From contig CAJWBN010000001.1 in NCBI GenBank assembly GCA_913020735.1, positions 1 to 53,393 on the forward strand: a DNA stretch of 53,393 bases, written 5' to 3'. Every line of letters starts with the position of its first letter. Position 1 is the first letter of the stretch. The position numbers were made by a program, and so were the translations under genes. Below the pieces are notes generated by a model. The model saw only the letters and a list, made by a program, of their open reading frames with translations, had not been told where the DNA came from and made no database searches. The stretch comes from an uncultured Acidimicrobiaceae bacterium (lineage in GTDB: Bacteria; Actinomycetota; Acidimicrobiia; Acidimicrobiales; Poriferisodalaceae). Below, piece after piece: positions 1-9,768 of this stretch.

Positions 1-151
1 AGTTGGAGCAATGTTGCTTGGGGTAAACGGTGTAACGATAATCAGTCACGGTTCAGCTAGCCCGACTGCGATTCTCAACGCCTGCAAAGTTGCACAGGAC
101 ATGGTTGAGCGTGATTTAGTTGGTGAGTTAGAGGCTGCGGTCAACCTCTAG
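1..151 (+). CDS. plsX: Phosphate acyltransferase PlsX, C-terminal fragment (truncated by window start)
   Basis: Frame from nt 2 reads VGAMLLGVNGVTIISHGSASPTAILNACKVA...* (TAG 149-151), matching the PlsX GAxLLGxxG...HGS motif; lies upstream of acpP-rnc. Confidence 0.85.
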   Translation, partial: VGAMLLGVNGVTIISHGSASPTAILNACKVAQDMVERDLVGELEAAVNL

Positions 152-259
152 GCAACTGAAAACCACTTAAAGTAGTCAATACTACGAAAAGTCACCCAAA
201 GTGGTAATTAACGCCATCTGCTATGGTGTTTGAGGTAACCCAGTTGCGTAGGAGTGTCC

Positions 260-550
260 TTGCCCGCTGAAACACATGTTGAACAGAGCCCACCTGACCG
301 CGATGGCGTTTTTAGTATTATCCGCGATCAGCTATCAGACATCCTCGAAATAGACCCTGGTCGGATTGCTGAGTCGTCATCCTTCGTGGAAGACCTTGAA
401 GCCGACTCGCTTGCCCTCATTGAACTCGTCGAGGGCCTGGAGGAAGAACTTTCGGAACGAACTGTGGGATTCCGAATCGAAGATGAGGATCTAGAAGATT
501 TGAAGACAGTGCGCGACGCTATTGACTACGTGATGGCGCGAATTGGCTGA
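260..550 (+). CDS. acpP: Acyl carrier protein
   Basis: Acidic ~96 aa protein with DLEADSL phosphopantetheine-Ser motif. TTG at 260 is properly spaced from AGGAG (ORF track starts at 254). Confidence 0.92.
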   Translation: MPAETHVEQSPPDRDGVFSIIRDQLSDILEIDPGRIAESSSFVEDLEADSLALIELVEGLEEELSERTVGFRIEDEDLEDLKTVRDAIDYVMARIG

Positions 551-1286
551 CACTTTGAGGTCTGAAGACCAGCTTCGTGCGCTAGCCGACCGAATCGAGT
601 ATTCCTTCAGCGACCACAGCCTTCTCTTACTTGCGATGTCACATCGAAGTTGGTGTGCTGAAGATGGCAATTCTCCGTCGAACGAGCGTCTAGAACTCTT
701 GGGAGACGCGGTGTTGGGTCATTGCATAACCGATCATTTATACCGGACGTATCCTGAATGGACCGAGGGTGACCTAGCTCAGGCAAGATCTGCGATTGTG
801 AATGCAGCCAGCCTGGCCGTATCGGCAAAGCGTTACGAATTGGGGAGCGCTTTGCTATTGGGCATAGGTGAAGACCGTTCTGGAGGTCGGGAAAAAGCTT
901 CGCTTCTGGGCGACGCTTTTGAAGCTCTTATAGGAGCCATGTATCTCGATGGTGGCCTAGAAACGACCCAACGCTTCATCCTTGAAGCATTGAGGGAAAG
1001 GATCGAAGCTGTTTCGGCCGATCCTGGAGTCGGAGATGCGAAGACTCGTCTGCAAGAATTTGTGGTTCGTGATTACGGAGAATCACCAAACTACGACCTA
1101 CTTGAGAGTGGGCCTGACCATGACAAACGCTTCCATGCCACAGTTTCGTTTGCGGGTTCAATCCAAGGTGAAGGTCAAGGAACTTCTAAAAAACAAGCTG
1201 AACAGGCTGCAGCTGAGGCGGCCTGGATTCGAATCCAATTTGCTGAAGAGACCAACCAACCAATCAACCAACCAAGGGAAATCTAA
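543..1286 (+). CDS. rnc: Ribonuclease III
   Basis: NERLELLGDAVL signature, DAFEALIGA, C-terminal dsRBD (KTRLQE...GPDH...SKKQAEQAAA). Confidence 0.96.
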   Translation: MADTLRSEDQLRALADRIEYSFSDHSLLLLAMSHRSWCAEDGNSPSNERLELLGDAVLGHCITDHLYRTYPEWTEGDLAQARSAIVNAASLAVSAKRYELGSALLLGIGEDRSGGREKASLLGDAFEALIGAMYLDGGLETTQRFILEALRERIEAVSADPGVGDAKTRLQEFVVRDYGESPNYDLLESGPDHDKRFHATVSFAGSIQGEGQGTSKKQAEQAAAEAAWIRIQFAEETNQPINQPREI

Positions 1287-1288
1287 AC

Positions 1289-2119
1289 ATGTTGGAACTG
1301 CCCGAGCTCGAAACTGTTCGCCGCGACTTAGACCGGGAAGTGGGTGGCTTGAAAATCAAAGAGATAGATGTGATTGGAGCCAAACGTTTAATCCCGGGTC
1401 AGGCCAATAAGACTGGTCTGACTAAAGCGTTATCAGGCCGCAAAATCTCGTCCGTGACGCGCGTAGGTATGTTGCTTTGTCTTCAAGTAGGCAATGGACA
1501 ATCGTTGGTTATTAACCTTGGTCCTGGGGGATCGTTACAGAGAGCGGCTAACAAAGATGATCGGGAATCTGACACTCAGCTAATCATCGGATTCACACAG
1601 AAAGGTCAGCTTAGGCTTATCGACAGCGACAAAAGTGCGACCGTCGTGTTGATTGATAATGAGGAGATGGGCCTAACGTTTCCTGAAATTGCTGAGCTTG
1701 GCTTCGATCCGGTGGATGAGCCGATTTCATGGCAAGAGTTTGGAGGACGGTTGTTGGAACGCGACACCAAACTGCGGCCGCTTTTGATGGACCAAACTTT
1801 TATTGTTGGGTTAGGCCCTATCTATAGTGACGAAATCCTTCATGCAGCTTTGCTTCGCCACGACAGAATCGCTAACCAACTTATTACTCAGGAAATTCGC
1901 AGGTTGTACAGGGCGATAGTGGAGACGATCCATAATGCTGTGAAACATCGCGGCGTAAGTCTTGATGGAGGCCGTGACGTCTTTGGCGAAGTCGGAGGGT
2001 ACGACGAGTATCTAGAGGTGTACGGCAGAGGCGGGGAGCGAAGCAGAAATGGTCGTGGAGATGTCCTGACGGCCAGAGTTGGTGGAACCACCCATTACTA
2101 CTGTGACTACCAGGTTTAG
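1289..2119 (+). CDS. mutM: Fpg/MutM-family DNA glycosylase homologue with degenerate catalytic motifs (probable pseudoenzyme)
   Basis: N-terminus MLELPELETVRR, H2TH-like LLMDQ..IVGLGPIYSDEIL, C-terminal VYGR...; occupies the canonical rnc-mutM-smc position. Key residues are substituted (see findings). Confidence 0.85.
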   Translation: MLELPELETVRRDLDREVGGLKIKEIDVIGAKRLIPGQANKTGLTKALSGRKISSVTRVGMLLCLQVGNGQSLVINLGPGGSLQRAANKDDRESDTQLIIGFTQKGQLRLIDSDKSATVVLIDNEEMGLTFPEIAELGFDPVDEPISWQEFGGRLLERDTKLRPLLMDQTFIVGLGPIYSDEILHAALLRHDRIANQLITQEIRRLYRAIVETIHNAVKHRGVSLDGGRDVFGEVGGYDEYLEVYGRGGERSRNGRGDVLTARVGGTTHYYCDYQV

Positions 2120-2248
2120 AAGCTAAAGCTTGGGTTGAAATCAAATACCTGCCTAGGGGTCAACCAATCATTGCCTACGAGAGGGCATGATGTCGGAGTG
2201 CCGCTGACGTTGGTGGTGCCATGTCGTTCTCCGGGTAGGTCAATACCA

Positions 2249-5200
2249 GTGTTTCTAAAGTCACTCACTATGAAGGGCTTCAAGTCCTTCGCTGATTCAA
2301 CAGTGCTGGAATTCGAGCCAGGAGTGACGGTTGTCGTTGGTCCAAACGGCAGTGGTAAATCCAATGTGGTTGATGCTGTTGCATGGGTTCTTGGAGCTCA
2401 AGGACCAAGTACGGTGCGCTCAGGAAAAATGGAAGATGTTGTTTTCGCCGGCACTCCTGACCGCCCGGCCTTGGGCCGAGCTGAAGTCAGTTTGGTGATA
2501 GATAACAGCTCCGGCTCATTGCCAATCGAGTTCACGGAGGTCACCGTAACCAGAACTCTTTATCGGTCTGGCGATTCTGAATATTCATTAAACGGCGTAC
2601 CTTGTCGCCTGCTTGATATTCAAGAGTTGCTTAGCGATGCCGGAGTGGGACGACAACAGCATGTGATCGTTGCCCAGGGTCAAATAGACCAGGTCCTGAA
2701 TTCAAGGCCTGAAGATCGGCGGACCATAGTTGAGGAAGCAGCTGGGATCCTCAAATATCGCCGACGCAAAGAACGGGCAGAACGACGTTTAGCCGCTACG
2801 GAAGCCAATATGACGAGGCTCCAAGATCTCCAAAGAGAAGTTCGACGTCAGTTGCGTCCGCTTGAAAAACAAGCTGATGCCGCCAAGAGGCACGGAGCGG
2901 TTGCGGAAGAGCTGAGATCAATACGCCTGTACTTAACGGGTAGAGAAATTGTGAGTTTCGAAGCAGCTCAAGCAGCAGCTAAAGAGGAGACTCAAGAAAC
3001 AAAAGCAGAACAAGTTAAGTTACGTGGAGAGATAGGCCGACTTGATGTTGAAATAAGTGCTTCAGAAGCCCAACTGGCATCAGCAGGTGACCACGGCATG
3101 GACCTGCTGCCGAGAGTCGAGTCTTTACGCGAAAGGTGTCGAGGGCTTATAGCCCTGGTCGACGAGCGTTCCAGAACGACTGAAGGAGACCGAGGCTCTC
3201 TTCTGGCTGCCGATGTAGCGTTGACCCTTGAAGCGGAGTCATCGAGATTGTCGGAAGAACTTAGTGACTTAGCAAATCGCGAAGAGATTATTAAACAGCA
3301 ACTAGCTGAGCTTTCTGAGGTTGAGACAGAGCTGACAAATGAAGCCGACTCCCTAGCTATAGATGCTCCGCTCGTCGGATTTGATGCTGCTAAGAGAGCT
3401 GCTGAGGTTAAAGGTGAGTTGGGTCCGTTACGAAGAGGCCTCGAAAGACTCACCACAGAACACGACCGCTTAGCAAAACGTGTTACCCAGCTAACGCTGG
3501 AGATTTCCGATGCGGAACAAAACCTTGATCACTTGCAGGCAAGTTTGACCGAAGCTTCAAGTGTTGAAGCAGCGCTGGTTCAAGAGGTCGATCGAGCCCA
3601 ACAAGAAGCTGATAACTCTGCCGTTAGTTTGGCTGGTGTTGTTGAGGAACAGCAATCGGCGACCAAAGATCAACAGAAGTGGTCTGCTCGTATCGAAGCC
3701 CTTGAACTAGCGGTGGCCACAGTTCGCGAGAGTTCAGGGTTTGAACAGGTACAAGAGATCGAAGGCGTTTTAGGTGTTCTGGGCGAATTAATTGAAGTAG
3801 AGCCAGGATGGGAGACTGCGATTGAAGTAGCCCTTGGGGCGGTACTGGGATCTGTCGTGGTAGCAGACGTGATGACTGCAAGAGTCGCTTTCGAACGACT
3901 TGGAGCCTCGGAAGCAAGCGGGTCAGTACTAGCGGTGAATAGCTCATACGTCGCCTCTGAAACACCCAAATCTGGCAACCCCCTTAGGCGGTATGTGGCG
4001 GGCAAAACAACTCAGCTTGATCCGCTTCTCGATGCACTGCTAGCTGATGCAGTGTTCGTCAAGGGTGGCTGGGCTGAAGCGATTGATTTCGCTGAGCAAC
4101 ACCCGGAGCTAATAGTTGTAACTGAGGACGGTGACTGTTGTGGTCCGAATGGCTGGAGCATTGGGCTAGGAAGCAATGCCACTACGCTCAGTGCCCTAGA
4201 AGATGCTCGAGATGAAGTTCAGATAGCTACGGCCCGTAAAGAGGCAGCGGATATAGAACGAGAAGTTGCGGATGCTCGACGTGCGGACACTCAAGTTCGC
4301 TTACTGGAAGCTGTGTCTAGGCTCGAATCAAACGATGATTTGTTGACGCGATCAGCCGATGGGATCGACAAGGCTCAAAGGCAACGAAGAGATTTAGATT
4401 CGGAAAGAAAAATACTTGAAACTCGAATAGCTGAGTTAAGCCAGGCTTTGGAGCGAGATCAGCCCAGAGTTGTTGAACTTGAAGAACGCTTAATTGAATT
4501 GGAGGAAGCTGAGACATTAGAACGTTCAGCAGCGACGGATGCTCACACTCGAAGGCGGGATTTGGAAGGCAGAATCAGAGCAGCCGCTCAGTCGCGTGCA
4601 GAGCTAAAAGCCAATGAAAAGGCTCTTGAAGAACAACGGACGCGAAGCGAAGACCGACGAAATGAGATCGGTGTACAGCTTGAAGCTAATGAAGAGCAGG
4701 CGACTGGTAAGACAAATCAACTCAGGCGGGTCGAAGAAACCTTGGCGGTTCTTGCAGACATACGAACGCTGCTTGCACAACGACTGGAGACCTTAGAACA
4801 AGAGGTTGGGATACTTCGCGACAGACGCACTGAGTTATCAGCAGAAGTTAAAATGATTGCCGACCGTCTCGAAGTTCTGCGTCGTGAGAGGTCAGCTCTT
4901 GAAAAGAGTCTCGGGGAGTTACAAGAAGTTCTAGCCTCCAACGAGATATTAGAAACTGAGCGGAGATTTAAGATCGACAACTTGCGAGAGATGCTTCGAA
5001 ATGAATTAAATGCCGATTCTGATGAGGCCCTCGCTGCTCCGGAACCTGAACTAAGCGATTCAGTCACTCCGGCGGCGCGTGTTCGAGAACTCGATAATGA
5101 CCTTCGCCGAATGGGTCCCATAAATCCATTGGCTTTGCAGGAGTATGAGTCGCTTAAAGAGCGTCACGACTTTGTTGCAGAACAGTTAGACGATGTTCGC

Positions 5201-5707
5201 AGTACACGGCGGGAATTGAACAAAGTCATCGCAGCTGTCGACACGGAAATAGTGGACGTGTTCGAGGCAGCGTATAACGATGTTGCAGATAATTTTAAAC
5301 AAATATTTTCAACGCTCTTTCCTGGTGGGGAAGGAAAACTAGGGCTTTCCAGTCCTGATCAAATGCTTGAAACTGGCATCGAACTGGAAGCTAAGCCATC
5401 CGGAAAGAATGTGCGAAAATTATCTTTGCTGTCTGGTGGGGAGCGTTCGTTGACTGCTTTAGCTTTTCTTTTCGCCATTTTTCGCAGTCGTCCTTCCCCG
5501 TTCTATGTCATGGATGAGGTAGAAGCCGCCCTTGACGACATCAACCTGCACCGATTTCTTGATTTAGTCGCTGAGTTCCGTCAAGAGGCACAACTGTTGA
5601 TCGTCAGTCACCAGAAACGCACTATGGAAGCTGCTGACGTTCTGTATGGCGTATCGATGGCGCCGGGGGGTTCATCCCGAGTGCTAAGCGAAAAGGTCGC
5701 TTCCTAG
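2249..5707 (+). CDS. smc: Chromosome segregation protein SMC
   Basis: GTG 2249 gives MFLKSLTMKGFKSF. Walker A GPNGSGKSN, long coiled coils, hinge, LSGGE signature, Walker B MDEVEAALD. Confidence 0.97.
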   Translation: MFLKSLTMKGFKSFADSTVLEFEPGVTVVVGPNGSGKSNVVDAVAWVLGAQGPSTVRSGKMEDVVFAGTPDRPALGRAEVSLVIDNSSGSLPIEFTEVTVTRTLYRSGDSEYSLNGVPCRLLDIQELLSDAGVGRQQHVIVAQGQIDQVLNSRPEDRRTIVEEAAGILKYRRRKERAERRLAATEANMTRLQDLQREVRRQLRPLEKQADAAKRHGAVAEELRSIRLYLTGREIVSFEAAQAAAKEETQETKAEQVKLRGEIGRLDVEISASEAQLASAGDHGMDLLPRVESLRERCRGLIALVDERSRTTEGDRGSLLAADVALTLEAESSRLSEELSDLANREEIIKQQLAELSEVETELTNEADSLAIDAPLVGFDAAKRAAEVKGELGPLRRGLERLTTEHDRLAKRVTQLTLEISDAEQNLDHLQASLTEASSVEAALVQEVDRAQQEADNSAVSLAGVVEEQQSATKDQQKWSARIEALELAVATVRESSGFEQVQEIEGVLGVLGELIEVEPGWETAIEVALGAVLGSVVVADVMTARVAFERLGASEASGSVLAVNSSYVASETPKSGNPLRRYVAGKTTQLDPLLDALLADAVFVKGGWAEAIDFAEQHPELIVVTEDGDCCGPNGWSIGLGSNATTLSALEDARDEVQIATARKEAADIEREVADARRADTQVRLLEAVSRLESNDDLLTRSADGIDKAQRQRRDLDSERKILETRIAELSQALERDQPRVVELEERLIELEEAETLERSAATDAHTRRRDLEGRIRAAAQSRAELKANEKALEEQRTRSEDRRNEIGVQLEANEEQATGKTNQLRRVEETLAVLADIRTLLAQRLETLEQEVGILRDRRTELSAEVKMIADRLEVLRRERSALEKSLGELQEVLASNEILETERRFKIDNLREMLRNELNADSDEALAAPEPELSDSVTPAARVRELDNDLRRMGPINPLALQEYESLKERHDFVAEQLDDVRSTRRELNKVIAAVDTEIVDVFEAAYNDVADNFKQIFSTLFPGGEGKLGLSSPDQMLETGIELEAKPSGKNVRKLSLLSGGERSLTALAFLFAIFRSRPSPFYVMDEVEAALDDINLHRFLDLVAEFRQEAQLLIVSHQKRTMEAADVLYGVSMAPGGSSRVLSEKVAS

Positions 5708-5754
5708 CTTCGAAGTCAACGAAGTCCAGAATTGTTTTGTAGTTTGCATTCACC

Positions 5755-6873
5755 GTGAATACGTCCTTATTAATAGTTGTCTTCATAGCCTTGATGCTGT
5801 CGCTGGCTGTTTTGCCGTGGATCCACCGTGCGTGGACGACTCGCCGACGAACACAGAGCGCTGCTGGGGTTCAATCTGAGATAGAAGAAGACGGTATCTC
5901 GGCTGACGTCGGCGGAGATGACCAGCTATCTAGCTCAGAAGGTACGTCCGATTCGGAGCAAGCGCCGCGCACAGTCTCAATGCGAGACAAGTTGTCAAAA
6001 GCACGGTCGGTGATCTCCGACCGCTTAAAAGGCATAAAGGGCGAATCAGTCAGCCCCTCAACCTGGGAAGAACTCGAAGAGTTGCTGATATTGGCCGATG
6101 TCGGGGTGGAAACCACTCTTGATGTGGTCAATAGGCTTCGTGAGACGGCTCGACTAGAGAAACTAGAAACAGGAAATGATTTGCTTGAAGCGTTGAAGAA
6201 GCAAATGAAAGATGATCTTTCCCGCGACAGAGAGTTGTCACATGCCGCGCCGGAGGGGCTGGTGCCTGTGTGGCTATTTGTTGGGGTCAATGGCGTCGGT
6301 AAGACGACATCGATTGGCAAAGCTGCACGAAGATTGACTGACGAAGGTCTGACCGTTCTACTAGCGGCGGGCGACACATTCCGAGCTGCGGCGGCAGAAC
6401 AACTTGAAAAATGGGCACAACTTTGCGGCGCTGACTTTGTTCGGGGCAGTGAAGGCGCTGACCCGAGTTCGGTGATTTTTGACTCAGTCGAGGCTGCAAA
6501 TGCTCGCGATATCGATGTCGTCCTTGGGGATACTGCGGGTCGGCTTCACAACAAAGTGAATTTGATGGAAGAACTGGCAAAAGTCCGGAGGGTGGCAGAT
6601 CGTGAACCCGGACAAGTTTGCGAAGTCCTCTTAGTCATAGATGCCACGACGGGCCAGAATGGGCTCAGCCAAGCTAAGGAATTCACTGAAGCCGCAAGTG
6701 TTACTGGAATTGTGCTGACCAAGCTGGATGGTTCTGCAAAGGGTGGGATTGTCTTTGCCATCGAAAAAGAGCTCGGCTTGCCAGTGAAGTTGATTGGCTT
6801 AGGAGAAGGGGAACTTGATTTAGTTGATTTCGATTCCGAACAATTTGTAGAAGCAATGTTTGGCGATGATTAG
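5755..6873 (+). CDS. ftsY: SRP receptor FtsY with N-terminal TM helix
   Basis: GVNGVGKTT, DTFRAAA, DTAGRL, TKLDGSAKGG. Confidence 0.96.
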   Translation: MNTSLLIVVFIALMLSLAVLPWIHRAWTTRRRTQSAAGVQSEIEEDGISADVGGDDQLSSSEGTSDSEQAPRTVSMRDKLSKARSVISDRLKGIKGESVSPSTWEELEELLILADVGVETTLDVVNRLRETARLEKLETGNDLLEALKKQMKDDLSRDRELSHAAPEGLVPVWLFVGVNGVGKTTSIGKAARRLTDEGLTVLLAAGDTFRAAAAEQLEKWAQLCGADFVRGSEGADPSSVIFDSVEAANARDIDVVLGDTAGRLHNKVNLMEELAKVRRVADREPGQVCEVLLVIDATTGQNGLSQAKEFTEAASVTGIVLTKLDGSAKGGIVFAIEKELGLPVKLIGLGEGELDLVDFDSEQFVEAMFGDD

Positions 6874-6921
6874 ACAATCTCCTAAGACCAACAAACTAGG
6901 TCAGGTAACCTAAGCAACTTC

Positions 6922-8361
6922 ATGTTTGACACACTGACAGACCGTTTTGACGGAATCCTTGGCCGACTGAAAGGGAAGGGCCGGCTTAGCAATGACGACG
7001 TTGCTGAAGCCATGCGCGAAATTCGTTTGGCTTTGCTTGAGGCTGACGTTCACTTCAATGTCGTAAAACAGTTTGTGGAAGCTACTCAGGTGCGATGCCT
7101 CGATGCTGAGGTAACACAAAGCCTGACTCCCGGCCAACAGGTCGTAAAGATCGTAAATGAAGAACTAACGACGATTTTGGGCGGCGAGTCATTTCAGCTT
7201 TCTTATGCGCAGAAGCCGCCGACTGTTGTTCTGATGGCAGGGTTGCAAGGTTCAGGTAAGACCACCTCATCAGCAAAGCTAGCCCGGTGGCTGAAATCTC
7301 AGGGTAGAAATCCGTTGCTGGTCGGAGCGGATCTGCAGCGCCCGGCTGCAGTAGAGCAGCTGCAAACGTTGGCCCGACAAATAGATGTTCCCGTTTTTAG
7401 CGCTCCTACAAACCCGGTTGATGCTGCAACCAAAGCCCTAGAAGAAGCTCAGCTGACTGGGCGCGATGTTCTCATCGTCGATACGGCGGGCCGTTTAACG
7501 GTCGACAGCGATCTTATGGATGAGATCGCACAGATTTCTGATGCGGTTGAACCCGATCACACTTTCTTGGTTGTCGATGCAATGACGGGACAGGATGCTG
7601 TCAATACTGCTGAAGCTTTCCACGCCACGCTTGAGCTAGATGGGATCATCCTCACGAAGCTAGATGGTGACGCCCGTGGCGGAGCTGCTCTGTCGGTCAA
7701 GCAAGTAGTGGGTCGGCCCATAGCTTTCGCTTCGACTGGTGAGAAACTTGAAGATTTCGATCTATTCCACCCTGATCGGATGGCCGAACGCATCCTAGGA
7801 ATGGGTGATGTTCTAACTCTGATCGAAAAGGCCGAAGAAGTATTTGAACAAGAGGCAGCTGAAGAAGCGGCCCAGAGGCTTTTGGAAGGAACGTTTACCC
7901 TCGACGATTTCGTCGATCAGCTGCGTCAAGTCCGTCAGATGGGCAATCTCTCAAGCATTATGTCGATGATGCCCGGGGTCCCTAAGGAAATGAAGGACGC
8001 AAACATTGATGAACGGGAAATCGATCGGGTCGAAGCGATCGTTCTTTCGATGACTCCAGATGAGCGAAATAACCCTGATGTTGTCGATGGTTCCCGTCGA
8101 GCGAGAATAGCGACTGGCAGTGGCACTACGCCGGCTCAAGTAAGCAACTTGCTCAAACAATTCAAAGAGATGCGCAAAGCGATGAAAGGCATGGCTGGGC
8201 TGGGTTCAAAGACTAAGTCGCGTAAATCGAAAAGCAAAAAAACGAAGAAAGGAAAAAAAGGCCCTTCAAAGGGAGGAAATAGCAGAGTTCAACCTAAAGG
8301 TGAACCCGATTTCCCGAAGCTCGACATCGCCGATTTGGACCTTACTTTGCCAGGCCAATGA
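6922..8361 (+). CDS. ffh: Signal recognition particle protein Ffh
   Basis: GLQGSGKTT, DTAGR, TKLDGDARGG, RILGMGD, Met-rich M domain. Confidence 0.97.
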   Translation: MFDTLTDRFDGILGRLKGKGRLSNDDVAEAMREIRLALLEADVHFNVVKQFVEATQVRCLDAEVTQSLTPGQQVVKIVNEELTTILGGESFQLSYAQKPPTVVLMAGLQGSGKTTSSAKLARWLKSQGRNPLLVGADLQRPAAVEQLQTLARQIDVPVFSAPTNPVDAATKALEEAQLTGRDVLIVDTAGRLTVDSDLMDEIAQISDAVEPDHTFLVVDAMTGQDAVNTAEAFHATLELDGIILTKLDGDARGGAALSVKQVVGRPIAFASTGEKLEDFDLFHPDRMAERILGMGDVLTLIEKAEEVFEQEAAEEAAQRLLEGTFTLDDFVDQLRQVRQMGNLSSIMSMMPGVPKEMKDANIDEREIDRVEAIVLSMTPDERNNPDVVDGSRRARIATGSGTTPAQVSNLLKQFKEMRKAMKGMAGLGSKTKSRKSKSKKTKKGKKGPSKGGNSRVQPKGEPDFPKLDIADLDLTLPGQ

Positions 8362-8522
8362 AATGACCTTCCTCATCAGCGTGTTCGTTCGGCCCACAGA
8401 CAGGTAGGCTTTCCTACTGGCTTAAAGCAATGCCTTTTCTTGCCGCTCCACCGACCTTCGGGCCGGCGACGCCGAGTGGTGAATAAGTTCCACAAGATGA
8501 CCCCGGAGAGATCTGAATAACT

Positions 8523-9005
8523 ATGGCCGTACGACTGCGCCTGATGCGCATGGGCAAAAAAAAGCAACCGACTTATCGAGTTGTGGCAGCTGACAGTAGG
8601 TCGCCACGAAATGGACGCTTTATAGAAATTATTGGCACCTATCAGCCCCGCTTGGAGCCATCAGTAGTCAAGATCGATAATGAACGTGCCGTTCATTGGC
8701 TTCAAAATGGTGCTCAGCCAAGTGAAACTGTCGAAAAGCTGTTGAAAATTTCTGGAGCTTGGGCTGACTTCAAAGGCGAGCAATTTACTCCACCCGCACC
8801 GCCTGCCCCGAAGCAGAAGTCTTCCTTGAAGAAACCAGAAGCTAGTGCTCCAGCAGATGAATCCAGTGATGTGGACGAGGCTAAGACCGATGACGCAGGT
8901 GCCGAGGAAAATACGCAAGACGAGATCGCTGTCGTTGAGGATGACCAACCTGTAGAAGCCGAAGGCGATTCAGTGTCTGAGGGCGAGGATGAGGAGCAGT
9001 CATGA
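8523..9005 (+). CDS. rpsP: 30S ribosomal protein S16 with acidic C-terminal extension
   Basis: [35 protein letters not shown]. Confidence 0.97.
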   Translation: MAVRLRLMRMGKKKQPTYRVVAADSRSPRNGRFIEIIGTYQPRLEPSVVKIDNERAVHWLQNGAQPSETVEKLLKISGAWADFKGEQFTPPAPPAPKQKSSLKKPEASAPADESSDVDEAKTDDAGAEENTQDEIAVVEDDQPVEAEGDSVSEGEDEEQS

Positions 9006-9256
9006 GTGAACAAGAAGGAACCACTGCCGAAGAAGTGCTGCTTTATTTGATTGCTCAACTGGTCGAACACCCGGATCAGGTGGAGCTAGAGATCGAAGAG
9101 AGCGACACGAAGATTAGCCTGATGGCCAAAGTAAGTTCTGAGGATATTGGCCGAGTAATTGGGAAACGTGGCCGTGTAGCCAACTCGATTCGTACCTTAG
9201 TTAGGGCAGCAGCGGTCAAAGACGGCGTTGATGTTGAGGTTGACTTCAGCGACTGA
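9002..9256 (+). CDS. khpA: KH-domain RNA-binding protein KhpA
   Basis: [13 protein letters not shown] GxxG motif; rpsP-khpA-rimM synteny. Confidence 0.9.
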   Translation: MSEQEGTTAEEVLLYLIAQLVEHPDQVELEIEESDTKISLMAKVSSEDIGRVIGKRGRVANSIRTLVRAAAVKDGVDVEVDFSD

Positions 9257-9272
9257 GGCTGGATTCGGCTAG

Positions 9273-9767
9273 GTGGCGAGCCAAGCAATGTCAAATGCTG
9301 AAGAACTACTTGAGATCGGAAATATTGGCCGGGCGCATGGAACGAACGGTGAGGTGGTTGTCCGACTCGTGACCAATCGGCTTGAACGGCTCGATCCAGG
9401 AAGCAGATTGAGCACCGAGTTAGGGGAGTTGGTTGTAGGAGCCACGCGCCCGCATCAAGATCGCTGGTTGGTGCGCTTTGAAGGCGTTAGAAACCGAACC
9501 GAGGCAGAAAAGTTACGTGGCTTGGTCCTGAGTGCCTCTCCTCTGGCAGAACCCGATGTTTTATGGGTTCACGAACTTATTGGATCGACTGTTCGGGAAC
9601 TTGATGGGACTGACCGTGGAAGAGTTCAGGCGGTCGTCGCCAACCCCGCTTCTGATCTTCTCGAACTTGATACGGGCCACCTCATACCACTCACTTTCGT
9701 GACTAACTTTGAAGCTGAAGTAGTCACGGTAGATGCGCCTGACGGTCTGTTTGATTTGGGTTCATGA
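9273..9767 (+). CDS. rimM: 16S rRNA processing factor RimM
   Basis: IGRAHGTNGEV N-terminal motif, PRC-barrel C-terminus; the start may be ATG 9288. Confidence 0.92.
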   Translation: MASQAMSNAEELLEIGNIGRAHGTNGEVVVRLVTNRLERLDPGSRLSTELGELVVGATRPHQDRWLVRFEGVRNRTEAEKLRGLVLSASPLAEPDVLWVHELIGSTVRELDGTDRGRVQAVVANPASDLLELDTGHLIPLTFVTNFEAEVVTVDAPDGLFDLGS

Positions 9768-9768
9768 C

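Noticed and set aside
2135-2248. N-terminal extensions in ORF-track calls (smc; likewise rimP, rpsB, rplS, trmD, rseP, P450)
   Set aside because: Conserved N-termini and RBS/promoter positions point to downstream starts; the extensions are longest-ORF artefacts.
2249-5707. SMC as part of a Wadjet/MksBEF-type defence system
   Set aside because: Canonical housekeeping smc in rnc-smc-ftsY context; no jetABD/mks partners adjacent.
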